Assembly: GCA_951406725.2 (NCBI GenBank)
Contig: OX597831.1
Span: 42,222,001 to 42,286,000, forward strand
DNA: 64,000 bases
DNA from: Octopus vulgaris
Lineage: Eukaryota
Reading direction: 5' to 3'
The notes beneath the pieces were generated by a model, which was not told the DNA's origin, made no database searches, and saw only the letters and a program-made list of their open reading frames with translations. Positions 40,843 through 54,642 of the stretch are shown one piece after another (the stretch's first letter is position 1; every line of letters begins with the position of its first letter). A program made the position numbers and the translations under genes.

Positions 40843-43299
40843 TATGTAAACATACATATACATACACACACACATGTATATATTTATTTATTTATTTATT
40901 TATTTATTTATGTCTACCCCTGTCTATCTGTGAGACAGTCTGTCTGATCTAGTTCAGATCTGGCAGATAGACAGCCAGCCAGCCTACCTGCCTTCCTGCC
41001 TGCCCAGCCACTTGCTGTAAATGTAATCTTGTAATCTTCAGGTAGATTATCAGTTTGTCATTCTTTGAGAAAGTGTTGCTTTGGAGTCACAGTTATGGTG
41101 GCTTAATGGATTTAAGTCTTCATTATCAAATATATATATATATTTTTTAAAGAAAGATAAAGTTGATAAGGAGGGATTTTATGGAGATTTGACTGCTATT
41201 TCAAGCAGGTTGTTCAACAATCATAAAGAGGCTTAGAAGATCTACTGGCTAGGAAACATATGTAGCCTGAATTTTACCTGTTCTATTCCTTCAATTTGGA
41301 TATACATACATATATATATGATCCGCTGGAAATGAAGCTAGCATGATCTGCTGGATGTGTAATATCAGTGTGCACACACGACAGAGTGTAAGAGCCCTGA
41401 GAGAAATGCTGGACATAAGAAGCATTGGCTGTGGAGTGCAAGAGAGACTTTTGTGCTGGTATGGTCATGTACTACGGATGGGTCTTGTTGGTGATGACAA
41501 CAATAGCGAAGAGATTGTCTGATATATGAAAAGAAAATACCTAATCATTAATGCTTTAGTATCCAGTTTACTATCACATGTAATGCTTATTTATTCACAT
41601 TGTTTTTAATTATGCATTATCTTGTAACTTGTTGATTTTGATGGTGTGATTGTCTTTTTTTTAGAATGACATTGTAGAATAAGTGTGAGAGGCCTAATCT
41701 GGACTGTCACATAAAGCAGGTAGAATATTTGGGCGAGATATGGCTGGTTTAAATGCTAAAGATGTAAATTTACATGACTAAGCACTGGCATGACTGTGTA
41801 GTTAAGAAGCTCGCTTTGTAACCATGTCATTTCAGGTTCTGTCCCAATGCATGGCACCTTGGGCAAATGTCATCAACTATAGTCCCAGGTAGATCACTGC
41901 CTTGTTAGTGAAGTTGGTCAATGGAAACTGTATGAAGCCTGTTTGTGTGTGTGTGTCTTCTCCGCCGTTGCTTGACAATTGGTGTTGGTTTGTTTATGTC
42001 CCTGTAACTTAGCAGTTTAGCAAAACGGGCCAATAGAGTATATACCAGATTTTAAAAAAATCAAAAGACGAATGACAAAGACAAAACATAAAAGTACCAG
42101 GTCAAATAAACCTTTCAAAGTAGTGCTCCAGCATGGCTACAATCAAGTGACTGAAACAAATAAAAGAATAATGTAGAAATGCTACATCATTTAGTTTCCT
42201 TGTAACAGATAAAACATCTAAGGAGAGAATTCATTCATTTTTTTTTTTGGTTATATTTTTCAATTGATTTTTTAAATAAATTTAAAGTAAATATTTATCT
42301 TTAACACAATAAAACAATCAAATAAATAAACAACCACATTCAAAAGCAACAATGACAAAAAAGAGTGAAGGCCACTATAGATAATGTAGTATTAGGTGCA
42401 TTGTCTTAATATAAGACAGGATGGTCATGGCTGGAATGAGTTTAATAATAGGTGTATTTTTATTAGAATGTAGAGAATTGGCAGAGTCAGTTGGTTGAAA
42501 TGCCTTAAAGCTTACAGTATTTATCCTGACTTCTTGCATTCTGAGCTCAAATCCCATCAAGGTCGTTATTATATCCATGCATGTTAGCTCTGTCTGTCTG
42601 TCTGTCTGTCTGTCTTTTTCATAAATATAGAAACAAAATAAGTTTATCAATAGACATGTGATGAAGTAGTGAAAGCTGATCTATGAATTCATGGAGGAGA
42701 TGACAAAGGACTAGGACAATTGATGATCTGGTACTGTAGAAAACCTGCTCATTCTGCTGAAACTGAGGTTCTGGTAGCTTAATGTGTATATGTAAAACAA
42801 AGCCACTTGTCAAGATTTTCCCCACTATCCTTGTCTCTTGCCTAATTGCAGTGTTCTGCTACTGCAATGAAATTAGGGCAGAACTATCCTACCGTCTTTT
42901 TTCGGTAATACCAATTATTTATCTTACCATCCAGAACCACTTCATTTTACATTCAACCCTCATTCTTAACATTGCCCCTCTCCATTCACATTTTACATTG
43001 ATCACTTCACCCTTCTTTGCTACACCCACTCATCATCATTGTGATGAGTGGGTATAGATAGCATAGAAGGTTGGCATGATCATCATCATCAATTAACATC
43101 CTTTTTCTATTGGATAGTTTGACAAGATCTAGTGAGACACAGGGCTGTGCTGAACTCTGGTGTCAGCTGTGGCATGGCTTCTACAGTTGGATGTCCTCCC
43201 TTTCTAATGCCAACCTGTGACAAAACACTCCGTGATAAATGAATTTCTGTGTTTTATTGTCAGTCCTTGCTGTAAATGTTTTTTTTTCCCCTCTTCCAG

Positions 43300-43508
43300 G
43301 ACTCTTGCTGATATGAACACCGATGGGAAGATGGACAAGAAGGAGTTTTCGATAGCCATGCATCTCATCAAGAAAAAACTACAGGGTTATGAGCTACCCA
43401 AATCGCTCCCTGCTAGTCTAAAAGCTGACCCTTCAGTAATGGTTAACTCTTATGGAATGGGTCAGAATATCAATCAACAGATGACTATGCCAATGGCCAT
43501 GACAAGCG
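43300..43508 (+). CDS. ITSN1: Intersectin coding exon 4, 209 nt (W-TLADMNTDGKMDKKEFSIAMHLIKKKLQGYELPKSLPASLKADP...MTS), EH domain EF-hand and C-terminus
   Basis: CTCTTCCAG acceptor and G|GTATGT donor. EF-hand loop DMNTDGKMDKKE followed by FSIAMHLI..KLQG..LP..LP, typical of intersectin EH1. Confidence 0.96.
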
Positions 43509-43775
43509 GTATGTATCACTTCCATTTAATGTTTTTCTTTCTAAATGTTTTTTTTTTTATCATCTGAAGAGAAATCAGCCAAAAAAAAAAAAAAAAAAAA
43601 ATTCTAAACATGAAAAGGTTTTACAAAATTCAATTTTGACTTCTTAGCATCGCACTATTTTTTTCTTGCACCCTACACACACACACACACACACATGTGC
43701 ACCTCACATGCACACACACAACAGACACACATGCACACACACCACAAACACGCTCATACACACCACAAATGCGCT

Positions 43776-43806
<31 letters not shown>

Positions 43807-43959
43807 ACACCACAAACACGCTCACACACACCACAAATGCGCTCACACACACACACACGCATCCTATCCAGATATTGTGTTGAAATTTGATATAAGCCAT
43901 TTATTCTTCTGGTCAACTTAAATCTTTAATATTGAGTCATTCTTACTATCTTATACACC

Positions 43960-43991
<32 letters not shown>

Positions 43992-44369
43992 AACACATAC
44001 ATACATATATACACACACACACACACACATACATACATACATACATACCTATATCATGCCAGCGTGGAAGGCAGATGTTAAACACTGATGATAACGGGCA
44101 TGGCTGTGTGGTTAGGGAGCTTGCTTCCTAGCTACATGGTTTTGGGTTCAGTCCCACTGCGTGGCACTTTGGGTAGGTGTCTTCCACTATAGCCCCAAGC
44201 CGACCGGAGCTTTGTGATTGAATTCGGTAGGTGGAAGTTACTGCCGTGTGTGTATGTTTGCGTGTAGGTGCTTGTGCCTCTCCGAAAGAGAGAGAGGGAT
44301 AATGTATAATATGTATACACACACATACATACACACACATATATACATACATACATGTCTATACACTCA

Positions 44370-44690
44370 TATATGATGGCTGCTTCCTTGCTCTTGAGTA
44401 TAGTCATTGCTTAAAGCAATTCATGACCAGTCTCATGTCTCTAACAACACTAGTCACTTGTTGGTCACCGTACACTTTCATGTGATGTTGCAAGCCTGCT
44501 GCTGGTAGACAACTGTTACCACATACATGGCATGTTGTTATGCTGTTGTGTATGGTGTAATCCAAGCGAGCTGTCTGTATGTGGCTTCTATTGTGACTTT
44601 TCGTCCCTGCTCTGCTGAAGTAGACTCTCCCACATTCGCATCTCAGCTCACTCTGGTCACCCACATTTTTCATTGGTATCAATGGAATTT
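44370..44690 (-). mobile_element. LINE 3' end fragment with C-terminal C2H2-type zinc fingers (RTE-like)
   Basis: The minus ORF contains CECGRVYFSRAGTKSHNRSH and CHVCGNSCLPAAGLQHHMKV. No splice context, and it is embedded among other repeats. Confidence 0.6.
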
Positions 44691-44694
44691 GTAG

Positions 44695-45085
44695 TTGTGG
44701 TACCAGTGCTGGTGGCACATGAGAGAACTATCCGAATGTGGCCGTAGCCAGCACCGCATCGACTGGCCTCCTTACTGGTGGCACGTAACAAACAGCATCC
44801 GATCGTGGCCATTGCCAGCCTGTCCTGGCCTCTGTGCCGGTGGCACGTAAAAAGCACCATCCGAGCATGGCCGTTTGCCAGCCTCGTCTGTCACCTGTGT
44901 CGGTGGCACATAAAAAGCACCCACTACACTCACGTAGTGGTTGGCATTAGGAAGGGCATCCAGCTGTAGAAACACCGCCAGATCTGACTGGCCTGGTGCA
45001 GCCTTCGGGCTTCCCAGACCCCAGTTGAACCGTCCAACCCATGCTAGCATGGAAAGCGGACGTTAAACAATGATGATGATGATGA
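44695..45085 (+). mobile_element. Non-LTR retroelement 3' tail family ending in (GAT)n; copies about 7645-7905, 19995-20292(-), 28560-28910, 34545-34815, 36350-36485(-), 50772-50930, 53125-53250, 59090-59230(-)
   Basis: Shared GTGGTTGGC.TTAGGAAGGGCATCCAGCTGTAGAAA...CCATGCTAGCATGGAAAGCGGACGTTAAA(C)GATGATGATG end, with variable 5' truncation and internal GGTGGCACGTAAAAAGCA repeats. Confidence 0.8.
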
Positions 45086-45087
45086 TA

Positions 45088-45311
45088 CATACAAGGGGGT
45101 GCTGAAAAGGTCTTGGCTATAAGGGTATCACAAAAAAACCTGGCTGGAGGCCCAACCTTCCTTGTTCTTTTACAGGGGTTAGGGAGACTGAAGGACCACT
45201 GCCACAAGTGTGTGAATCTGAGAGGGGAATATGTTGTATAGAATCAAAATTAGCTGATCTTCTTGTATTTTATTTTACTGGAAGCCAGGATCTTTTCAGT
45301 ACCTCCTCGTA
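45088..45311. mobile_element. Mariner-derived MITE family; other copies about 9404-9611, 35315-35536 and partial 39067-39165
   Basis: TIRs TACAAGGGGGTGCTGAAAAG..CTGG / CCAGGA.CTTTTCAG.AC..CCTCGTA with TA ends. Four homologous copies. Confidence 0.8.
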
Positions 45312-46139
45312 CATAAATACATATTTGTGACCAAGTAACACAATTTCCTCAGCTCACTAAATCTGTGTAAGCTTTCCAAGAGTTCAAGAAATTCCCATGT
45401 GGGAATTTGTTTTGAGTTGGTAAAGTGTTGCATTGCACTGAACACAGTTTTCAGTGCAATCAGCCATAAAACCAGTGTCACAACAGAGGTTGAGATGAGA
45501 AGAAATCAGCTGCCCTTCAGGTTTTTAATGGAAATTCAGTTTCTTCTAATGAGAACTAAGTGTCCTTCACTCCAAGTGGTTTATCTGCTAATTAACCCAT
45601 AGTTGGGACCCTAACAGGTTCTACTGCTCCAGGGCAGAGTAAACCTGGGAATAACAGTGGTATGGAATTACCTCTGAGCCCCTACTTACATATACACACT
45701 GATGCGAGGGCACAGCTTAGTGGTTAAGGTGTTGCACTCATGATTCCTGGCTCAGCTGGAGTGTTCTGTTTTTGAGCCATACACTTCATCTCGTGTTGCT
45801 TTGCAATCACTTTAATACTTGTGTGGTACACTGTGCACCTGTACAGATGATGTCAATTTGATGGAGGGCATGAGCTGTTGTGCAGTACAAGCATTTGATC
45901 ACTATAAGCAAATTATTTGTGCAGGTCGTTCAGCAAGAGAGTGCAGAATCATCTTTCTCAGACTACAAGAGACTACCATCGTCATCATCATCACCACATA
46001 CACACAAGCATACATATATACACATACAGGCACATACATACATATGTATACAGATACTCATGTGCACGCACACCCACACACCATAGGGTTTGGGAGCGAA
46101 TTTTTCCAACCACACAACCACACCTGCATCTAATTATAA

Positions 46140-46510
46140 ACATAAAGAGGAGCACTCAGAGAGTGCAAGCCTCTGCCAAAGCAACACCAACATCCTCTCA
46201 ACGATTAGCTGAAGATGATTTTTAAAATGAGAATATCTGAAATAAACTCAACTGCTCTCACAAACGAGAATACTAAAAATGAATCTGACCACTTTCAAAA
46301 ATTAAGTAAAAAACTGGAAAAATAATCAAGAATCCTTGTCTTGTACCAGATTGATCCCAAAATCTAATCAGTTTGTGCCAGTCACGAGGCCAAACATCCC
46401 TGAAAGTTTCATCTGAATCCATCCAGTGGTTCTTCAGATATCTTGTCCATGGACAAACAAACAAACATGACTGAAAACAATACCTCTGCCTTCGTTAAAG
46501 CAGAAGTAAT
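46140..46510. mobile_element. Helentron-associated (HINE/DINE-1-like) non-autonomous element
   Basis: Starts GAGCACTCAGAGAGTGC hairpin + CCTCTGCC, has an internal short ACAA microsatellite, and ends with the hairpin TACCTCTGCCTTCGTTAAAGCAGAAGTA. Confidence 0.5.
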
Positions 46511-46640
46511 AATTGTGTTCAAACAAACATAATATGCGTATTCACATACATACAAACACATGCACCCACCCACACACAAACACACCCTGTCTCTCACTGA
46601 CATGAAATCCAGGGACACAACCTTTCACTTTGAAATTTAC

Positions 46641-46835
46641 TTGTTGCCAAAAAAATTAAGACAACAACAACAGCAAAAAAAAAAAAAATGAAAGAAAGAA
46701 AGAAAGAAAGACCGAAAGGAATGGTAGCGTGGTGTATTTGTTGCCAAAAAAATTAAGACAACAACAACAGCAAAAAAAAAAAAATGAAAGAAAGAAAGAA
46801 AGAAAGACCGAAAGGAATGGTAGCGTGGTGTATTT
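46641..46835 (+). repeat. About 97-bp tandem duplication immediately upstream of the exon 5 acceptor
   Basis: TTGTTGCCAAAAAAATTAAGACAAC...GGAATGGTAGCGTGGTGTATTT occurs twice, differing only in A-run/GAAA tract length. Confidence 0.9.
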
Positions 46836-46858
46836 ATTTTATAACCATTTCTCTACAG

Positions 46859-46954
46859 GTATGGGTGTTCCACCCATGTCTTCCATGATGCTGACTCCAC
46901 TGTCTATGAACCCTGCTACAATGACCACCCAAGTTTTCGCTAACGGGGTTATGA
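46859..46954 (+). CDS. ITSN1: Intersectin coding exon 5, 96 nt (GMGVPPMSSMMLTPLSMNPATMTTQVFANGVM), low-complexity inter-EH linker
   Basis: CTCTACAG acceptor, A|GTGAGT donor, phase 1-1 and an open frame continuing exon 4. Met/Pro-rich like the end of exon 4. Confidence 0.8.
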
Positions 46955-47048
46955 GTGAGTTTTTTCTTCTCTCCAAGTTAAATGTTGCTAAAACATCGCA
47001 AGCTGGGAAGTTGGCAAATGTCCCCCCACCCTTATTTATGTTGTTGTT

Positions 47049-47080
<32 letters not shown>

Positions 47081-47280
47081 ATTATCATCATTATTACTTT
47101 TTTTTTTGGTTAAATTTCCTTATTTAGGACCCAAAAAAGTAGGATTCGCTCCTCCTATTGAAGGAGTTTAAGATGTTTTGGCATAGCTGATTTGGCGCCG
47201 TTTATTTGATGTTGCTGGTGCTGGTTCGATGCTGAGTTATTCGACATCATTACATTTTTATGTTTCATTCTGTTTTATCT

Positions 47281-47341
<61 letters not shown>

Positions 47342-47488
47342 GTGTACGAGTGTTTATATCAGTTGTGTTCACTTAATTGTACTCTTTCTCTATCTCTTTC
47401 TCACTCCTGACTTATTTGACATATTTCAATGTTTCACCCCTCCCCTCTCTCTCTCTCTCTATATATATATACACACATATATATATAA

Positions 47489-47631
<143 letters not shown>

Positions 47632-48369
47632 ACATCAGACATTTTAATATCCTCCTTTTCTCTCTCTCTCTCTTTCTGTTTACATGTGTATACATATTTC
47701 TCTTCATGTGTATGAGGTGAGGAAAAGTGTTTATGTCACTCATGTTCAATAAATAAATAATCTCTGTCTTTCTGTCTCTGATTTGATGCTGACTTGTTTG
47801 ACATATTCTAATGTTTCCCCTCTTTCTTTCTCCGCCTCTCTCTCTTCCTCCATCTGTCTGGCTCCCCCCGCCCACTTTTCTACTCTATTATATGATGCTG
47901 ACTTATTTGATATCAAACATTTTCACGTTCCCCCCTCTCTCTCTCTCTCTCTTTATGTGTGTGAGTGTGATGAAAGAGAGTGTTTATGTCTCTTGTCTTC
48001 AATAAATAATGTCTGTTAGTCTCTCTGTTTGGATGCTGACTTGTTTGATATATCTTAATGTTTCCCTCTTTCTTTCTCCTTCTCTCCCCTTTTCTACTTT
48101 ATGATTCAGTGCTGACTTTTTTATTTGACATCAGACATTTTAATGTTCCTCTCTCTCTCTCTCTCTCTTTATCTGTGTATATGTCTGCATGCATGTGCTT
48201 GTGTGTTTGTGTATGTGTGTTTACCTCTGGTACCAATATGGGTTGTCACCAAAACAAATTGAACATCTTTTCAGCTGCGTCAAATCATCTGTGCCCAAAC
48301 AGCTGCGCCCAATCGTCTCATTTCCTTATTGAAGTGCTTATTTTGCTATGCACCTCCTCCTGCACTCTG

Positions 48370-48417
<48 letters not shown>

Positions 48418-48753
48418 GTAGTTCTATGCCATTCGTAGTAGATTGGTGGCAGGGATACATGTAGATATGGCTCTTCCTTCCTACCTGTGTGTGAACATCT
48501 TTCCAATAGAGGTAGCTGATTCATTTTGTTTCAAATTGCAATGTTGTTGCTTATCATCTCTCACTGCTAGCTGCCTCCTTACCAATGTGCTATTAATGGC
48601 ATTACCATCCAAAAGACAACATTGGTCTTATTTCCACCCAGGATTTGAACAGTTTTTACCGTTTTTGATGTGTGAAACATTTTATATTTAATAAGTGTGT
48701 ATTTTTTCTATTTTTGCCTCTGTTCTCTCTACCTCTGTTTTTCCTCCTATAAA

Positions 48754-48805
<52 letters not shown>

Positions 48806-48807
48806 AC

Positions 48808-48862
<55 letters not shown>

Positions 48863-48878
48863 TAAGAAACCACATACA

Positions 48879-49716
48879 TAAGGTGCATTCCGAAAGTTTT
48901 GAGATGTTTTCAAAGAAGTACACAACTCTAATCTCCTTCCAAATAGGATCCAACTTCAATGCACTTGTTGTAGCACTCCAGTCACTTTGTGATGGCCCCC
49001 ACAGAAGTCCTCAAAAGTGAAGGTGTCCAGGACTCTTGTCAAACCCTACTTCATCTTATTCATCAGCTTGGGGGACAATCAAATGCCACAGTGAGTGAGG
49101 TCTGGATGGTAGGGAGGATGAGAGACAGTTTTGATGTTCATCTCTGTCAAATAGTTGGTTACCAGGATGAAATTGTGAACTAGTGTATATGATGTGGCCT
49201 TTTGCAATGAAGTACCTTCCTGAATTCCTTCAAAACTGTCTCAAAGTACTTTTTGTTGACCATTTGGCTAGAGGGAACCCAGTGGATGTATATGATGCCA
49301 TTGCTGTCGTAAAATGGTATCATCATGAGCTTCCTAGTAGACTTGCTTTGCCTGGCTTCTTGTGCCAGTGAAAAACTTGCTTAACTCATACAAGTTAATC
49401 CATAAGCACTCTGGAACATTTTGTAAGTTGTTGAAGCATTTTTACCCAGTTTAACTCAAAACTTTATTGCTGCTTTTGTTAGCTTACAAATTGTTTTCAT
49501 ATCCTGACTGCTTTCTGCAAATTTGTGAGCTTTAACAGGCAGTGTTTAGTAAGGGGTTGTTCAGAGTACCGTTACAGCCATCTCCTGTTTGCAATAACAA
49601 AAGTTAGCAGGTCAGCTTATTAGATGCATAATAATGATATGATGAAATTAAAATAATCTCGGACAGTTATAACTGCCTCTCCTAATAAACATCTCAAAAC
49701 CTCTGGAATGCACTGT
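48879..49716 (-). mobile_element. Decayed, internally deleted mariner (Tc1/mariner) transposon
   Basis: TIRs GGTGCATTCCGAAAGTTTTGAGATGTTT / AAACATCTCAAAACCTCTGGAATGCAC. The minus strand encodes transposase remnants KKARQSKSTRKLMMIPFYDSNGIIYIHWVP..QMVNKKYF and PPYHPDL (a YSPDLAP-like motif). Confidence 0.85.
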
Positions 49717-49734
49717 GAGTGAGTGAGCGAGCGA

Positions 49735-49777
<43 letters not shown>

Positions 49778-49779
49778 AT

Positions 49780-50262
49780 TAATGAGAGCGGGAAGATATG
49801 AGAATCTTTATTGATCACTATTGTTTTGACCCATCTATGATCCCTTGCAGGTCGGATACTGTATAACTGGTTTAGGTTTATCCCTCAGTGTAGATGTGTC
49901 TCCTCAGGTGATTTCAAGAGGTATCTCATTAAAATAAACTCTTATCATACAACTTATTTCTGGATGTTTTCTTCTTCGGCTTCTTATATTAGAAATGCCA
50001 AATTAAGGGATTTAGCTTCATTCTTATAGAAGATCCATAACAAAGATGAGCTACAGACAGAAACAAATACACAATACAGCAAAACAAAAAATCTATCAGA
50101 TATAACGGTTATATCTAAACACCTTAAGAGATAAAACTATACTGAGGGATACACCTAAACTACTTGTACAGTATCTCACCTGTGAGGGATCAATGCTAGA
50201 TTAGTCAAAACAATTGTAGTGATGAATAAAGATTCTCGAATCTTCCATCTCTCATTAATTAC
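49780..50262. mobile_element. Penelope-like fold-back remnant with two decayed hammerhead motifs (49814-49912 minus; about 50119-50223 plus)
   Basis: Diverged inverted arms of about 140 bp. The minus strand reads ATCAC-CTGAGGA-GACACATCTA...TAGATGGGTC-(G>A)AAA-CAATA-GTGAT. Confidence 0.55.
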
Positions 50263-51026
50263 AAATTACATACCCAATGAACACTAAGCCAGTGAACTTG
50301 CTTTGCTGGCAAACTACCAGGTGTATACCATATGGTTTATTAAATACTTATATATATATATGTATCAGGAAAAGGTTTTTATATATATATATATATATTC
50401 ACAAGGAAAAGGTTGGTTCTTTGAAATTTTGGCTTATAAGCCATCTTCAGACAGTCTGTTGATGGCTAGTACGCCAAAACATAAAAGACACTTTGTCCTT
50501 TCCCTTGTAAAAATTAATAAATATGTTCTCTACTAAAATGTATTGCGTGATACTTCAGTTCCATGTTAAATTGTTTTTGTAACTTCACATAGAAGCAAGC
50601 ATTGATAAATTATATATTTTTACATATGTGAATATATTTAGATATATGCCAATATAAGTATGTATTATGTATGAATGTATGTGTGTATTTATGTGCACAA
50701 GTGTATGTGTGTCTATATATCTATATTTATATCTGTCTGTCCGTCTCTCTGTCTATATATATATATATATAGAGTGGTTGGCATTAGGAAGGGCATCCAG
50801 CTGTAGAAACATTGCCAGATAAGACTGGAGCCTGGTGCAGCCTTCTGGCTTCCCAGATCCCCGGTCGAACTGTCCAACCCATGCTAGCATGGAGAACGGA
50901 CGTTAAACAATGATGATGATGATGATGATGATATATATATATATATAAATAGATATTAATATACACACATGTATATATAGATATTTAGATATATGCCTAT
51001 ATTTAGATGTTGTGTGTGTATGTATG

Positions 51027-51084
<58 letters not shown>

Positions 51085-52261
51085 TGTGTATGCACACACA
51101 CACACGTCGATTCCTGCATAAGTGTGTTGCTGAGAGTTGAAACAAAACAACGGTTTTTTTTATTTCTATTGAAGCAGTGTATGTTGTCCTTTTATTTTAG
51201 TGAAGACTATATAATATTTGATAAAGACTGAATCATATATCCAGAGGTATTGTGTCAGTGTTACAATGTCAAAGTCATTTTCTGTGATCTGGATTTCCAA
51301 TCATCAAACTTATTTTTAAATCATTGTAAATCAAGCGCAACCACATGGTTCCAGATTCAGTCCTCCTGCATGGCATTGTGGGCAAGTGTCTTCTAGTAAA
51401 TCTATTGGCCAACCAAAGACTTGTGAGTGGATTTGGTTGACAGAAACTCTGTGTGCGTGCGGTGTACTGTCTCTTTTCCTTGATGTCACATGATAGTTGT
51501 AAACAAGTGTCACGGACATACAAGCGGTTTATGTTGCCAGTCTTCCATGTTTGGTCATGGGGAAATATTATCTAGCCTGGAAACTGGTGAGGGTTGGTGA
51601 CAGGAAGGGTACCCAATTGTAGTAAAAAAATGTTGTAACAAGATTCTGTCCAACACATGTGAGCATGAAAAAGTGGATGTTAAGCTGATGTTGATGATGA
51701 TGCACCATTTTATTTCTACTGATATCACTGGAAGGAAAGTGGCTTTTTGATCTTTTAGTCTGCCATTACATCATAATGGAAGTTTTATGTTTTGTTCTCC
51801 TTCAGTAAGAAGCTGGATCCACTTCTGAATGAGATCAATAATATGTTTTATTCTTTGTTTGCTTGTGAAGTACTGTTTGTAAGCTAGCTACTTTTCTTGC
51901 ATACATAAATTATCTTGTTTATGTACGCAATAAAAACAAACAAAAAAGATTTCTTGAGAGCTATGACAAGATGCAAAATGGATAAGTCTAGCAAGTGATA
52001 GGCAGGTGTTCAGATTCAGGGAGATATACATTTTATTATTTTCTCATCTAGAACGTTTTTTTTTAAATGAGAAAAACAGTGTTGGACATAATTACCACCA
52101 ATTAAAAATTGTAAAAATTTCATTAGTAAACAATGTGTATTTCCTTCATTTCAAATCATATTTTTAATCCCACCAAATATTATGAAGAAATGATTATCTC
52201 CCTTGTAATAGCTGCAGTCACTAAGGAAACTGAGTATTTATCATCTAATTACTTATTTGGT

Positions 52262-52585
52262 GAAGGCACGTGGCTTAGTGGTTTGGACATTCGGCTCACG
52301 ATTGTAAAGTCATGAGTTCAATTTCCGACGACTCGTAGTGTCCTTGAGCAAGATACTTTACTTCACGTTGCTCCAGCCCACTCAGCTGGCAAAAATGAGT
52401 TGTACCTGTATTTCAAAGGGGCCAGCTTTGTCACACTCTGTGTCACACTGAGTTTCCCTGAGAACTACGTTACGGGTACACATGTCTGTGGAGTGCTCAG
52501 CCACTTGCACGTTAATTTCACGAGCAAGCTGTTCCGTTGATCGTATCAGCTGGGATCCTCGTCGTCGTAACCGATGGAGTACTCC
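52262..52585 (+). mobile_element. tRNA-headed SINE of a further family
   Basis: A box TGGCTTAGTGG, B box GAGTTCAATTTCC, CCTTGAGCAAGA.ACTTTACTTCAC body. Flanked by the direct repeat TACTTATTTGGT (probable TSD). Confidence 0.7.
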
Positions 52586-53932
52586 TTTTTACTTATTTGG
52601 TAGTTTGTGTTCATATTCCTCCTCTGCTTAATTAATTGTAGGTGACATAGTTATTGCCACATATCATAGTGGTTAGATGAATAATGTACATTTGTTCATC
52701 TTATAATTTTTTTTAAAGATTTAAAAATAATAAACAAAAAAAAATACAGAATGTTCCCCCCCCCCAATCACGGAGCAACAAAAGAAAATTTCCAGTTCTT
52801 GGGCCCATTGCATCCTGTTAAACAACCAGCCCATGGCAACATGGACATCAAATAATGATGATACATATATATTTACATATATAAATATATTCATGTTTGC
52901 TACTATTCTCGTTCCTCTGGCCTCATGGCAACAGGCCACTGTTCTCTGCCATCTTTTTTTCTGTCTTTGGCAAGGGCTGGAAATTGAAACCAGTTTGTAC
53001 CACAACTGCGAAGGCCACCTTTGAAGGTGAATTTCCAGGTTTTCTTCACTCTACCCTTTGGTCTCTTTCCACCATTTGATAACCATGTCATTGCAGTTTT
53101 TACTGGGACATTATTCCCCTTAGGGCATCCAGCTGTAAGGACCATGCCAAAGTAAACAGTGAAGCTTGACACTGTCCTCTGGTTTACCAGTTCCTGTCAA
53201 ACTGTCCAATCCATGCCAGTATAGAAGATGGACATTAAATGATCATGATGATATATATATACGAGGGTGAGTCAAAAAGTAATGCCATTTTGTTTAGGAC
53301 AGGTTTAATTACCAATACAGGAACATGTATCATACATCAAAATGAAGCTGGTCCTCTGTAGATATATATATATATATATGAGAGAGAGAGAAATATAACG
53401 TGGATTCAGAGAACCACGCAGCTATCACAGTAAGCTCCTCCTACAGACTTGGCTATCAGTCTATGTAGTAATCAATTACAAAGTAATGTCTATGAAACTG
53501 AAAATCAGAAAGTCTGAGTGATGAATTTTTCATTGAAGCATATATGAAAACAAAGTTAAGAGGTGTGAGAGGTAAAGATAGATTTTTTTTTCATGTATGG
53601 CTTCCATATGATTACAGCTGTTTCGTAACCTTCTTGAGGTAGTATTAATATCAGTATGCAAAAATAATACGTTTATGTTTACATGAATGTGTATGCTCAG
53701 CACTATACAATAAAATTGTATATTCACAAATCATTGCGAATAAAAAAAAAAAGTAACTTATCAGATCACAACACACATATATGTATGTATGTATTTACAA
53801 GTGTGTGTATATATCTACATGTAGACATGTATGTGTGTGTGTGGGTATGTTTATATATATATCTATTTATTTACATGTGTGTGTGTGTATATATGTGTAT
53901 ACATACACAACACTCACATACACACATATATT

Positions 53933-54019
<87 letters not shown>

Positions 54020-54389
54020 TATATATATATATGCACACATATGTATATACACATGGCTTTGCAGTTTACTTCAGCCTTGGCTTCTGAATACCTGGCTACT
54101 GTTTTCATAACTTGGTGCAATGTTAGCAATCATCTGTTTCACATTGTCAATCCTGCCCACTCTACACAGTATATCCAATCAGGCGTATAGTTGCTTATAT
54201 CTGAAATCATTAAATCAACAAGTCTGCACCCTGTTGATGCTTATGTAACAGTATTGATTGATTGATTGCCTTAGCTCTGCTTTAGACTAATTGCTGTTAG
54301 TTTTAGTTTAGTTTGTTTTTATTATTATTGTTATTACCATTAACATTATTGTTGTTGTCGTTCTTGTTGATACACTTATTATTATTATT

Positions 54390-54605
54390 AAGGCAGCGAG
54401 CTGGCATAAATGTTCGCATGCCGGATGAAATGCTTAACAGTATTTCGTCTGTCTTTACGTTCTGAGTTCAAATGCCACCAGGGTTGACTTTGCCTTTCAT
54501 CCTTTCAGGGTTGATAAATTAAGTACCAGTTGTGTACTGAGGTCGATCTAATTGACTGCCCTGCTCCCACCAAATTTCAGGCCTTGTGCCTATAGTGGAA
54601 AGGGC

Positions 54606-54642
<37 letters not shown>

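Noticed and set aside
44404-44718. Antisense C2H2 zinc-finger gene
   Set aside because: Degenerate fingers, no TGEKP linkers or splice sites, and the ORF start runs into another repeat. Better explained as a LINE C-terminus.
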